From the NCBI GenBank assembly GCA_010909165.1, contig MU008196.1, positions 124,001 through 188,000 of the forward strand: DNA of 64,000 nt, written 5' to 3'. Positions 1 to 11,100 of this stretch are shown piece by piece (the stretch's first letter is position 1; each line of letters begins with the position of its first letter). A program made the translations under genes and the position numbers. The notes beneath the pieces were generated by a model, which saw nothing but the letters and a program-made list of their open reading frames with translations, made no database searches and was not told the DNA's origin. Origin of the DNA: Anthoceros angustus. Lineage: Eukaryota > Plantae > Anthocerotophyta.

Positions 1-575
1 GGACGCAACGCAGTGTTGCCGAATGTGGTGAAGGACACTTACTCCATCCCTGTTGACTGGAGCAAAGATGCAAATGTGTGCTTGGCACAGGTTCAAGCCA
101 GAGCAGAAGTATTTCAAAGAATTCTTCCCATGGCTATGGACAATTTGGCTGTGGCCCAGCATCGGGACCAGCTGAGGTATGCTTATACGCGGGGGGGCTC
201 GTGGAAGCCCAAAGCTCGCAAGTTTGCATCTGGAGATTACGTGTACTTGCAGCACAGGCCTGCAAGCACGTTAGATGTCAGCACAGGGAGGCTTATCCTG
301 AGAGTTGTCCAGGTTGGTGAGCAAGGTGTGGTTGAACTTGAAGGAAGAGATGGCAGAAGGTGCAAGGAACACATGAAGCATTTGGCTCCATGCCATTTGC
401 CCGATCGGATACCGAACGTGCCTCGACACCGGACGCCACCAGCAGTTGCCTGAGGAGTGTGGACACACTGGACGAAGAATTCATGTTGCTATGTGACAAG
501 CGTGGTTACCATCTGCTTTGCCTCAAACCGGCCGACTGTTCCGGAAGGAGAATGGCTATGTGAGCAGCATGTGTG
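1..575 (+). mobile_element. Ty3/gypsy integrase C-terminus followed by a frameshifted PHD finger (element continues left of the window)
   Basis: ORF 13-453 reads AMDNLAVAQHRDQLRYAYTRGG..KFASGDYVYL..LILRVVQV..GVVELEGRDG..EHMKHLAPCHLP, a gypsy integrase tail. Then DEEFMLLCD-RGYHLLCLKP and, after a frameshift, VPEGEWLCE match the PHD consensus. Confidence 0.75.
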
Positions 576-1305
576 CTAAGTGTGAACGTGGCTCTGTAAG
601 GTGGTACCGAGGTTGTCTTAAATTCACACACGTTGGAAGTAGCGTGATGTGCAGTTGAAGAAGGACACAAGATGCTTGGGGCCAAATTCACAAAAACGGG
701 ATCGCACATGCTAAGGCGGTGAGTTGTTGCGAGAAGCGATTACTGCATGTGCAAGGAATTGTGAAGAGGAATTCAGACGAGGAGGGACAAGCGACAAGGG
801 TCTAATTCCTCGGAAACGAGACGAAATTGGGCACACATAGCTGCGAGCATCTCATTTTGGAAGAGGAACCTTTGCATGCATCGATCGGGCTGGTTGAGAA
901 TTCCTCACAGTGTGTTTCTAAAGGTGGTTTCAGCTGTTTGGAGCTGGATAGAGAGCGCCATGGTCAGGCCCGTTTCATACGTGCATAGGAGAAGGCGTAA
1001 AGTCCCCTATCACAATTACGGAAGGTGAAGCGTCGAAGAGGTGCCACCGTCAATCAAGCGCAAGAGGGGCGACGCAAGCATCCTTTGTCGGCGAACATGG
1101 AAAGCCGGCGAGTTTGAGGCAAGCCGATCCCGAATCAAGGAGCGGCCGACGGCGGAGGGGAACACCACGTTCGCCTCTCGCAGCTGGAGCGCCGCCCCAA
1201 GGCAACTGGGCGCACCTCGATCCTACTCAGTACAGCATGTATGTCTGTCGGCTGAAAATTCGAGGTTGCACCTAGGGCTGGTAGTTCTCACCCTGCACAG
1301 CAGCC

Positions 1306-2099
1306 ATGGAGGAGGTCTCGCACAAGCGAGGTAGAATCGAATCATGCCCTCCGGTGTGCTATGAGCCGCAATTCAAGCAAGTTTGCGGGCGGATGGGACC
1401 CCAATTTGTGGATGACGAAGATGCGGGTAAGTGGAGCATCTTCTACTCCCGCCAAGATATGACCGGGCAGGTATTCCACCGAAGTTATGAGAGCTTCACA
1501 TCTTCCTCAGATGTTGAGGAGCATCATGACTGTAGGGTGGAGCATTATCCCACGGAACACCGGATTTGTTTGAGCTCCAGTCGGGGTCTGGCGTTTGCCA
1601 CGGACTGGACAAGCTATCTGAGAGGGTGCATGGAGGAAGTTGCAGCATCACTTCCAAATGCATCAATGGTTTGATGGGATGAGGTTGCCAGAGTTCGTTG
1701 GAGGGGGACACATACCCTCGTCGCTTGATTTTTCTCAAAGAGTGGTTTCGAGTTTTCCACCATCTGCGACAGGCATCATGTGGTAGGTGGCCTCGCTTTA
1801 CATTCGACCAACAATTGAGGACCCCTCATGTTGATCGTGCTTGGACTCGAGAGGAGAAGAATGCTTTCAACTGTCTCGGGGGCTCGCCACCACATCTACA
1901 CTTCCGTAGTTACCGTTTTCAATTACCCAACACGAAGCTTACGGTCGGGACATGGATGCGGACAGATGGCGTACATCCCTTTTCAGATTCGATGCAGCGC
2001 TTTGTGGAAGAACAGTTGGCGATCTCTGGATTCAAGCTGCCCAGCGAGATTACGATTAAGCAGAGGCACAAGAAGACCCATCAGATGATGAGGATCTAG
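1306..2099 (+). pseudogene. Frameshifted ORF of unknown function downstream of the gypsy integrase (possible extra retroelement ORF)
   Basis: Consecutive same-strand ORFs 1306-1674 and 1698-2099 with protein-like composition and no recognised motif. Confidence 0.35.
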
Positions 2100-2269
2100 A
2101 AGATGACGCCATTCCTCCTCCTCGGACCGTCAGTGTTGGACAAGCTACGTTCTCGCTGGTGGGGACGTTGGTAAGTAGTTGTTTGTTTTTTTCTAGGCCA
2201 AGATGGTCTAAACAATTTTGTGGGAAACCAGGTGGCTAGGCCTCCAAGTTTCCTGTGTGTCATCCTCGG

Positions 2270-4060
2270 CGACCAGGCTCTTTGTAGCCTTGCCCTTGGC
2301 CATAGGCCAAGGACAAATTAAGGCTAGGATTGTTGCTCTGGGCCAAGGCCAAGGAGATCGCAGCGGCGGAGCTTAGTGACTTAGCTTTGTAGGCAGGCTA
2401 GGTAGGCATGCGCTATCACGGCTGTCACAGTATCATCTTTATTCTTGTATGGGAAAGCAGAGCACCTAAGACTCTATTTGGATCGACTAGAGCATCCCGG
2501 CATAAGCCACGAATCTTGAAATGACTAGATCTTGGAGCATCTCGGGCATAAGCCACGATCTTTGAATGTCATGTACATGGCCCATGGATGGCCTGCACAT
2601 GACATGTATGCATGTATGCATGTGTGCCATGTATGCATGCGTATGGAGATGAAGGATGACATGTGATGCATGTGGCGGTGATGTGTCATGGCGCATGCAA
2701 TCTATATGCATGGATTATGCATGTAAGGTAGCGGTGCTATAGCATATATAGATAGCATTTATATTAGAAAATACATAAAATCATAAATCAAGGAAAAGGA
2801 CGAATAGGCTGTTAAACACATAAAATATTATTATTTGAAGGCCAAGGAAAGTAGGATTATAAAGTGCCCACCATCGATACGGTGGACACTTCATCGAGAA
2901 CTCGGGGTTTTGCCTATATATGTAGGCACCCACCATGGATTCTCGGATTGTTGATGTTTGTCTTGTTCTAATAGACAGCCATACCCGTCCCTGTGTCTTT
3001 GTCTCCTAGAGGTTCTTGTGGTTCGTTGCATTACGGTTGGGAGAATTTTCCAGCTTGATTTCACCATGTTGCGGTCCGGGCTGCCTCTCTTAGGCAAACC
3101 CGGTCTCTTTTATAGCCTTGCCCTTGGCCATAGGCCAAGGACAAATTAAGGCTAGGATTGTTGCTCTGGGCCAAGGCCAAGGAGATCGCAGATGTGACGG
3201 TGCTTAGTGACTTAGCTTTGTAGGCAGGCTAGGTAGGCATGCGCTATCACGGCTGTCATCTTTATTCTTGTATGGGAAACAGAGCACCTAAGACTCTATG
3301 GTGGATCTTGACTAGAGCATCCCGGCATAAGCCACGAATCGAAATGACTAGATCTTGTTGGAGCATCTCGGGCATAAGCCACGATCTTTGAAGTGTGATG
3401 ATGTCATGTACATGGCCCATGGATGGCCGCACATGACATGTATGCCATGTATGCATGTGTGCCATGTATGCATACGTATGGAGATGAAGGATGACATGTG
3501 GTGATGTGTCATGGCGCATGCAATCTATATGCATGGTTATGCATGTAGGCGCGGTGCTATAGCGCATATATAGATAGTGATTTATATTAGAAAATACATA
3601 AAATCATAAATCAAGGAAAAGGACGAATAGGCTGTTAAACACATAAAATATTATTATTTGAAGGCCAAGGAAAGTAGGATTATAAAGTGCCCACCATCGA
3701 TACGGTGGACACTTCATCGAGAACTCCCGGGGTTTTGCCTATATATAGGCACCCACCATGGATTCTCGGATTGTTGATGTTTGTCTTGTTCTAATAGACA
3801 GCCATACTGTCCTGCATGTCTTTGTCTCCTAGAGGTTCTTGTGGTTCGTTGCATTGTCGAGGTTGGGAGAATTTTCCAGCTTGATTTCACCTGTTGTGGT
3901 CCGTGCCTCTCTTAGGCAAACCCAGTCTCTTTGTAGCCTTGGCCATAGGCCAAGGACAATTAAAACTAGGATTGTTGCTCTGGGCGAAGGCCAAGGAGAT
4001 CATGACGGCGGAAGCTTAGTGACCTAGCCTTGTAGACAGGCTAGGTAGGCATGCAGCTAT
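2270..4060. repeat. Tandem repeat of a ~825 bp unit (two copies plus a partial third), probably LTR or 3' UTR of the gypsy element
   Basis: The block ..ggccataggccaaggacaa(a)ttaa..ctaggattgttgctctggg recurs at about 2290, 3115 and 3935, with colinear sequence between copies. Confidence 0.85.
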
Positions 4061-4199
4061 GCGGCTGCTGCGCGACACGCGACAGCTAGCCCGCCCAACC
4101 TGTCGGTTGTGTGCTCCTCAAGCATGCGCACCCCAGCATGCTTGGAATGAGAGCGTGAAAGGGGCTGACCTCCTCCTTATCATGTAGTGACCACAAAGA

Positions 4200-4940
4200 T
4201 CTAGAACATGCCATCTAGATTACATGTTCCATATGTTCAAATGCGCATTTGCCCTGGTGGAATGCCCATGGTGTGAGATCGCCAGAGGGGTCAAGCTGGA
4301 CTCAAGGGGGAAACCAACACAGACAAGACTGCAGCTGAACAAGGTGGACGGAGGGTGGGAACATGCGCTTTATTCCACGATCTGGCGTGAGGCAAAACGC
4401 ATAGTGGCTGCCGTGCATATGTCTTTGCGATGCACGCGATTACCTACACATTTCCAACGAGCCACCGTACAGCAGCTGTGACATGGGATCGCACCTATTC
4501 ACCCACTGCCCCTTCCACTTCATTTCCTTTGACTCGATAGAGCTTTGAAGTTTAGCCAAGCCTCTGGCACAGGCTTGTCCGCCTTCCCAATAGGGCAAGG
4601 CTGGCCCTTGTGCTTCAGACAACGGGCACTGCCCCTCGACCAGCTAGACCGATGCTCGATTGTCTCAAAAACACAATCAAAGCATCGGTCTAGACGCTCA
4701 TACCATACATCCATGTCGTCGTCGAGCTCTCGCATGGACACCTCTCCTTCATCACCACTGTCCTGGCTTGCAATTTGGCCCAACTGGGACAACTTCGAAG
4801 GAGACCACCCTCCCCACTGGTCGTGAATAGCAGTGCCCCTCGCTGAAGCAGCAGGAGTAGAGGGCATGGGCCTCGTTCCCACAGCACACACCTCCACACC
4901 TAAGGCGGGTTTCTCTTCTTCCATGATACCAACAACCAAC
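4200..4940 (-). pseudogene. Degenerate CACTA TnpA-like (Ptta/En-Spm type) second ORF
   Basis: Minus strand PEAWLNFKAL / IESKEMKWKGQWVNR..LLYGGS resembles the W..(L/F)...S...K....NR....GS pattern. It lies downstream of DUF4216 on the same strand. Confidence 0.4.
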
Positions 4941-5089
4941 TACGTCTGCAGGATGAAGTCGTTTGTAGATTTGGAGATTCTAATGGTCACTCTGGGTCAA
5001 ACGGTCAAACGCTGTGAAACCCATCAAAGCCGTGCTGCTGCAGGCATGGACGTGAATATGGCAGGCGTTACTTACATGACAAAGACAAT

Positions 5090-5616
5090 ACACTATGCGG
5101 GCACATTTTTACGGCTGAATTATTCACTGCGTCAGCGGTGTGGTCCCACAGCATGCAAAAGCATCCAACTGCCCTTGCCAGGCATGACATCCACAGCCAA
5201 AACGCTGTCGTGGATAGGGAAGATGTGACTGGTCCACTTGCTCGTCACGGTGAAAAATGCTGGTATGGTGCGGCGGGTGTCACTTGCTTAAAACCAGCGA
5301 AGTCCAGGACCATTGATGGAGGATCTCTCACCTTGTCACACTCAAACCACTTCACTTCAACCACAATCGTTGAAAAATCACCCCCCTCGCATGTCACGTC
5401 CAATATGCTCAACCTGCCCAAAGAACTCTGACTTTTCAGGCGTTCCCATGTCAAATGATCCATGGACCCAGCTATCTTGTGTAGCTGTACGGTTTTCATC
5501 AGCGGCGATAGCTCGAAAATGATATCCTGTTGTTCAAGCCCGGTATGTATTCCATGAGCCGGTGTATGCACTCGCCGAGATGTAAGCTCCACAAGGAAGG
5601 ACTGGCGCGTGCTTCC
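5090..5616 (-). pseudogene. CACTA transposase (TnpD) C-terminal part, DUF4216 region
   Basis: Minus strand, with frameshifts: GYHFRAIAADENRTATQDSWVHG..EFFGQVEHI..IVVEVKWFECDKVRD..VLDFAGFKQV. Confidence 0.75.
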
Positions 5617-5988
5617 ATGACCAAACAGGAGGGATGACACCCGAGGCTCCTACATGCGCGAAAAGCCTCAGCCATTTGTAGGTATGTTCGGTAGGCTCAT
5701 TGTTCGGTTAGATTAGGGAATTGGCATAACTTCTCCCGGATCAAAGCCGGATGCAATCGTAGCGTGGGCCCTTGTCACGGATTACTGCCTTCTCCCTCGC
5801 TCTGCGAGTTGGAATCCATAGCCAGTGACGACAACAAGCTCTGTTTCAAGTGGGGTCACCGTCGATTGTGAAAAAATGGGCGTGAACAGTCAGTGGCCCT
5901 GAAGTCACCTTATAACGCCGTTGTCTTGGGAGAGCGTAAGCCATGTACTCGAGGATAGGCGCAAAGGCGGGCGTCACATCGGCTTCAT

Positions 5989-6238
5989 ATGCGTCTTATA
6001 CGCAATCAGGGGTATTGGCCAATATCACTTGGGAATCCATTGGTGCCAGTTGGCACTCATGGCTGCACACCGTTGGGTTACTTCCCAACAGGGATTGATG
6101 AGGACATGAATGTCGTGCTCAAAAGGCACATGTTTGAAGCTGAATGCAATCGCGGCCTACGTTCTAGGGGAATGGTGCCGCCGGCAGCAATGAGCCATAT
6201 TACTGCGGATGAGCGCCCATGTCCTGTTGTGGCAAGCT
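5989..6238 (+). pseudogene. Extreme N-terminus of CACTA TnpD (transposase-associated Zn domain), interrupted by the gypsy element
   Basis: Joining ..6238 to 15733.. and allowing one indel gives ERPCPCCGKPQRRTQRADVALRHMR, a CPC..C..V..H pattern. Confidence 0.5.
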
Positions 6239-8151
6239 CGTACGCGATTTTCACCGATGGCTAGCCGAAATGGCACTTTTTGATCAATCCCGTGGTCGTT
6301 GTAGGAAGAAGTCCACCCCAAGGAATGATGGGCTCCGTTTGCAGCGTTCGGTGATTCTTACCTCACTTTGCGCCTGCTCATCCCTCAACGCACACATACT
6401 CCTAACTACTTAGCGTTCACCGTCTGAGCCGGTATGGCCAAGCGTTTAGGGACCTGTCACATCTCAGATTGCTCACATCTGCCACTCACACTTCCGGTCC
6501 TTTCCTCTCTCCCTCACGCTACACTCATCGGTCTTAGGGAAAAGGCGCGTGGGTTACATCCGGACCTCCTCAACGTCGTTAGCCGGGCCTCTCCGTCTGG
6601 GCTCTGCACGCCCTCCGGAGTTCCTCCTACCTCTCGTCCGGCCCCGGTGGCCGGGTCGCCTGGACGAGCACGTCACCACCAAGTCTTCCTCGTCCTCCCC
6701 TCGCACACACCACAACACGTTAGGCCCGCTACCAGTCCCCCGATCAATCTCCCCGAGCCGCCGTGCCCGCCGCTGACTCAGACTCACGTTAGCAAGAAGA
6801 CACACAAAGGTCTGCAAGAACGCAGATCAACACCAAGAGAAAGATGATTTATCTGTGCCTTAGCCCTCTTATACTACGCCAAGGTCGGCGCCTTTATTAC
6901 ACCTCTATTTTTGAGCCGAGGGCCACTGTGTGCCTAACCAGCCGCCTACTACCCCGCTTATTCCGCCTATCGCCGGTGGTGGGGTGGGATGGCCCCTCGA
7001 CCCTTCTTGGCACCGGCCCAAAGTCGAGCCTTTGTCGGCCGCGGCGCATCTAACGGATGATCCGCGGGCGAAGGACCCTTCCTCTTCGAGGGTCTCAGTT
7101 GCGCCACCGCGTGGCGGCTCGACAACGGCGGCCACCACCAAGTCTTCCTCGTCCTCCCCTCTTCTCTCGGGCCCCTCGCGCAGGGCCCTCCTCCAAGGGC
7201 TGGATCACTGGAGGACCGGGTGGCTCTCCCCCACTCCCCGAGTTTGGACCTCAGGACCCTGTCTCGACTCGGGGTCCGGACCTCGGGGTCCGGACCTCGG
7301 GGTCCGGACCTCGGGACCCTTCCTCTTCCGGGGTCCGGACCTCGGGGTCCGGACCTCGGGGTCCGGCCCGACCCAACCCTTCCTCTTCCGGGGTCCGGAC
7401 CTCGTGGATCATTACCAGAGTCTGGATCCCTAAGTCCGGACCTCGGGGTCCGGACCTCGGGATCCGGCCTTTCCTCGAGTCCGGACAAAGTCCGGACCTC
7501 GGCTCCCGGGCATGCCTTCCTCACGGGCTAGTCAGGTTCATCTCTTGGGGCCTCCCTTGGTTCCTTGGCAGCTTGCCGGAGGCTGCAGCGCGTTGCGCCT
7601 TCTTGGCGTTGCCTCAGACCTCAACGCGGTGAGCAGCGGGCGTCAGGTGTCCGAGATACCGCCAGAGAGCGGTTGCGGGCGCAAGATCGCGGTGTCTCGG
7701 TGCGTGAGACCTTCTTCCGACCACGCCTTGAGAATGGGGCGGGCGCCTCTTCCACGTAGCATGGCTTACTCGGCCCTGCCTCCGCGTACTCGGCCTTACT
7801 CGCGTGCTACGGCCCCTCTGGCCCGGCCCAGGCGTGAATACCTGCTATAACGGCCTCGCAGGTTCGGTCTGACCAGCTGCATGCCGTCCTCCACTCGAGT
7901 CGTCCGTGGCGTTCGTCGTCCCAACTTCTAAGTTACTTTCCTGGCGTACTTATCACTGGTCACGGAGTGGGTCGGACTTATCCGTTACCTTGCGCGCCAT
8001 CGTAGGTCTAGGTCGTTCCTCACTCCGGTCGGAGTATACTCCAGTGCCGTCCGTGCTAGCATGCTTATTTCCCCCTTTTCGCCTCATTTTATCCTTTCCT
8101 ACAAAAAACAAAACCCTACCTAATTTCTAACCCCGAAGTCCGTAGTCCACA
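6239..8151 (-). repeat. 3' LTR of the gypsy element
   Basis: Colinear with 13829-15727 and ends ..gaagtccgtagtccaca on the + strand. The left boundary is uncertain by about 10 bp. Confidence 0.85.
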
Positions 8152-8165
8152 TACTCCCTTCTCAC
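8152..8165 (-). other. Polypurine tract of the gypsy element
   Basis: Minus strand gtgagaagggagta abuts the 3' LTR. Confidence 0.7.
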
Positions 8166-8169
8166 TGTT

Positions 8170-11100
8170 GGCGTCTCGCCAACACTAAGCGTCAGTACTT
8201 TTCACCGCCGTTCACCGAGTGGGCGGTTCACCATCCAAGCTGCGGTGAGCGGACCCATTGGGGTATACCCGTCGACTTGGTAAGGCCCCATCCATCGTAG
8301 GTGGTTTACAGGAAGTGCATATATCGGTATCGTAAGGAGGCGGATCTCCCTCCTTCACATACTCCACGATTCTAAGGCGCCTATCATGCCCACTTGCGTT
8401 GATTACATACATTGCATTGTATTGCGCCTCTTCCGGTCCTCCGTATCTTTGTACAAACCCTAGCAACGCTCCGGTTGGCTCTCTTCATCCGTTAAGCGCC
8501 TTTCCATCATGACCGGTGTTGGCACCTCAAACTCGGCCGGCATAACGGGTGAGTGCCCGCCATTCGAATGTCGGAGTTCGTTGCGTGGTTACCTTCTGCC
8601 GTTACGAGCGCCCATAGCGCGATGGCGACTTTGTATCGATCGTGCGCATAGTTAACCGTCGGCTTATTGAGGATCGGAGATAAGTCCATTGGTCTTCTCG
8701 TCGATCGTTGGCCTTGGATTGTAGGGGCGTTTCGATGTGTGATGCGAAATAGTCCGTCATTGCGTTATCACATCATTGAGGAAATGGGTTCCCCTATCAC
8801 CGGTACCAGCGGACACCCATACCTTGTGATGATGTTTTCGTGAGGAATTTGGCCACCGTGCTCGCATGATCCGTTACGGTAGCGGCCGCTTCAACCCACA
8901 GTGCGATGTTGCCACCAAGATGTACCGCTTAGTGTGTGCACAGTGGTTGGCGTATGGGTCCAGCAGTCGATGCCCACATTTCTCAAAAGGCGCTAGTGCT
9001 AGTATGGGCACTACGGCCATTGAGTTGTGGCGTCGGCTTCCGATCGTGACAAGCATCACACTTCTTCACAATTGGTGTGTTTCCCCATACATGGTGGGCC
9101 ACGACCCGACCTCAAGATTTTCTTGGTGGTGACTGCTGTTGCATAATGTCCACCACCTAGTCCTTCGTGCATCCCTTTATTACCACCTCCGTTTGCTTTG
9201 GAGGTACCTTCCCACTCGGCCTACCTTAAAGATGCGTTACATAGGAAAGGCGGCGTAGTGCACAAAGGCTGTGGACAGTTCGATTCGTTGGGTAGCTCCA
9301 TCTCCCATAGGTACCGTTCCAACTCCGCGTAAGAGGCCGCCCTGCGTCGCTCCCTTCTCCGCTTGTGGGTCCATTCACCAGGGTTTGTCCATTGTGCTCC
9401 TCTACCTCCTCCTCTATCGCGCCACCAATTCCTCATCCGGAAGGCGTCCTCTTGATCCTGGGGCAGGCTCGTCTTTAATCTGGATAAGAAGTCGCGTTTG
9501 GTGTTGCCCTTGCCTAGTCTCCACCTCAAATGTGAACTCCAGAGCAGAATCCACCTCGCAATTCGTGGGACAAGTGCCTTGTTCACCAAATGCTTGGTAG
9601 TGATCAACATAGAACACAAACTCATTGGGCGAAGGTAGTGTGAATTTCTTAGCAGCGTATACCATTCCAATGCCTCTCGCTCCGTAGTAGTGTACCTCCG
9701 TTCCGTCGTGGTTCTTCAGCGTAGTAGATTGGGTGATCCCTCGTTTATCATCTTTTGTGAGCACTACCCCATGGCGGTGACACATCCGTACACATGGAAT
9801 CGCTTCCCCGGTCCAGGTCCTTTGGTCTTGGGGCGACAGTGGTGCGGAGGTCTCTGAATGCCGCCTCCCTTTGGCGTCGGGTCCATTCCTCCTCCTTCTG
9901 AGTAGCTCACATTAGCACAGGCCCGCTTTGCAAAATCTTGTATGAAGCGCCTATAGTAACCACCATGCCGGGAATCCCGTAACTCCTTCAAGTTCGTTGG
10001 TGGCTGCGAGGTGGATGACTTTCACCTTGTCTTGGTCCACCTCTATCCCTCTTCGACACTCGGTGCCCCAACAAGATTCCCTCTGTCATGCAGTAGCACT
10101 TCTCGGGATGCGAGGCAGTTGAGTCTCCTACATCGTTCCAAACACTTCAAATGTCACGTGTTTGTCCTCCTCTCCGTGCACCTGATCGTCAAGAACACCT
10201 CCATGAAGTCCCTCGGGAATTCCGGAAGACATTGGTCACCATCCGCATAAATGATCCGGGTGCTCTGTCATCCGAAGGCACTCCGTTTGTAGGCAAGCGT
10301 CCCCACTCCGTGGTGAATGTTGTCTTATCGGTCAGGCTCCCTTAGGTGCGGTTGTGGAGTGGCCGTCAAGAAGGAGTAGGTACTCACGCCACCTTGTCGA
10401 TATATCGTCCACAAAGGGCATGGGAAATGGTCCTTTTTTGGCGGCGTTAAGCTTTCTCCATCTGACAGACCGAATCGCCCTGCGCTTCTTGACACGACAA
10501 TGGCGCCACCCACTCCTTTTCACGATTGGGAAGATGATGTCGCTTCCGGAATCTTATCGGGACTTCCTTGACCTTGGCGAGTGCTTGGGATTGATTTATC
10601 TTGCCTAATCCGAGCGCTCACGGCTTCGAATCTATCCGGTGTTAGCCTTTGTTTGAATGCCTTTCATATCGTGACCTTGAAAGCAAACACCCATGAATTC
10701 CCCAACAAGCGTGTGAGGTCTCGTTTTAACCCCTCGGCATGCCCTTGCGAATTTGAGAATTTCACAGGCGAACCTCCACGTCTTCCACATCGTCGGGGTT
10801 GGCCGTCTCCCTTTCTCTTTGCTTCGCTCGTCCATCCTCCATCAGGGTTCATCTTCACGCATTCCCCACTCCGAAAGAGCTCGTCCGGTGAAGCAGGTTA
10901 CTTCTCGATTTCTACCTCCGTCCTCTGCTGGACCCTCCTCTTGATTGCCTTCCCCGGCTCTTGTTCATGAGTCCACCCTAAAACAATCGATGACCTCCTC
11001 GTCACCTCCGCTCCAAAGGCGTCCCTCCTAATCCATCTCCTCCTCGACCACGTGATTTTGGGAAAGGGTAGTCCTCATTCGTATCCTCGCGTTCATCGTC

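Noticed and set aside
4183-4189. TGTAGTG as the other CACTA terminus
   Set aside because: It has the same orientation as the 21180 end, lacks subterminal repeats, and has no matching TSD.
7245-7505. Short palindromic repeats as a CRISPR array
   Set aside because: Units are 14 bp, mostly adjacent without unique spacers, inside an LTR of a eukaryotic genome, with no cas genes.
6434-8130. Many overlapping Pro/Gly/Ser/Arg-rich ORFs (also at 12082-12925 and 14449-16665)
   Set aside because: They are stop-poor translations of GC-rich LTR repeats.
8170-8470. Chromodomain at the end of the full-length gypsy integrase
   Set aside because: The integrase ends in a GPY-type tail directly before the PPT, leaving no room or motif for a chromodomain.
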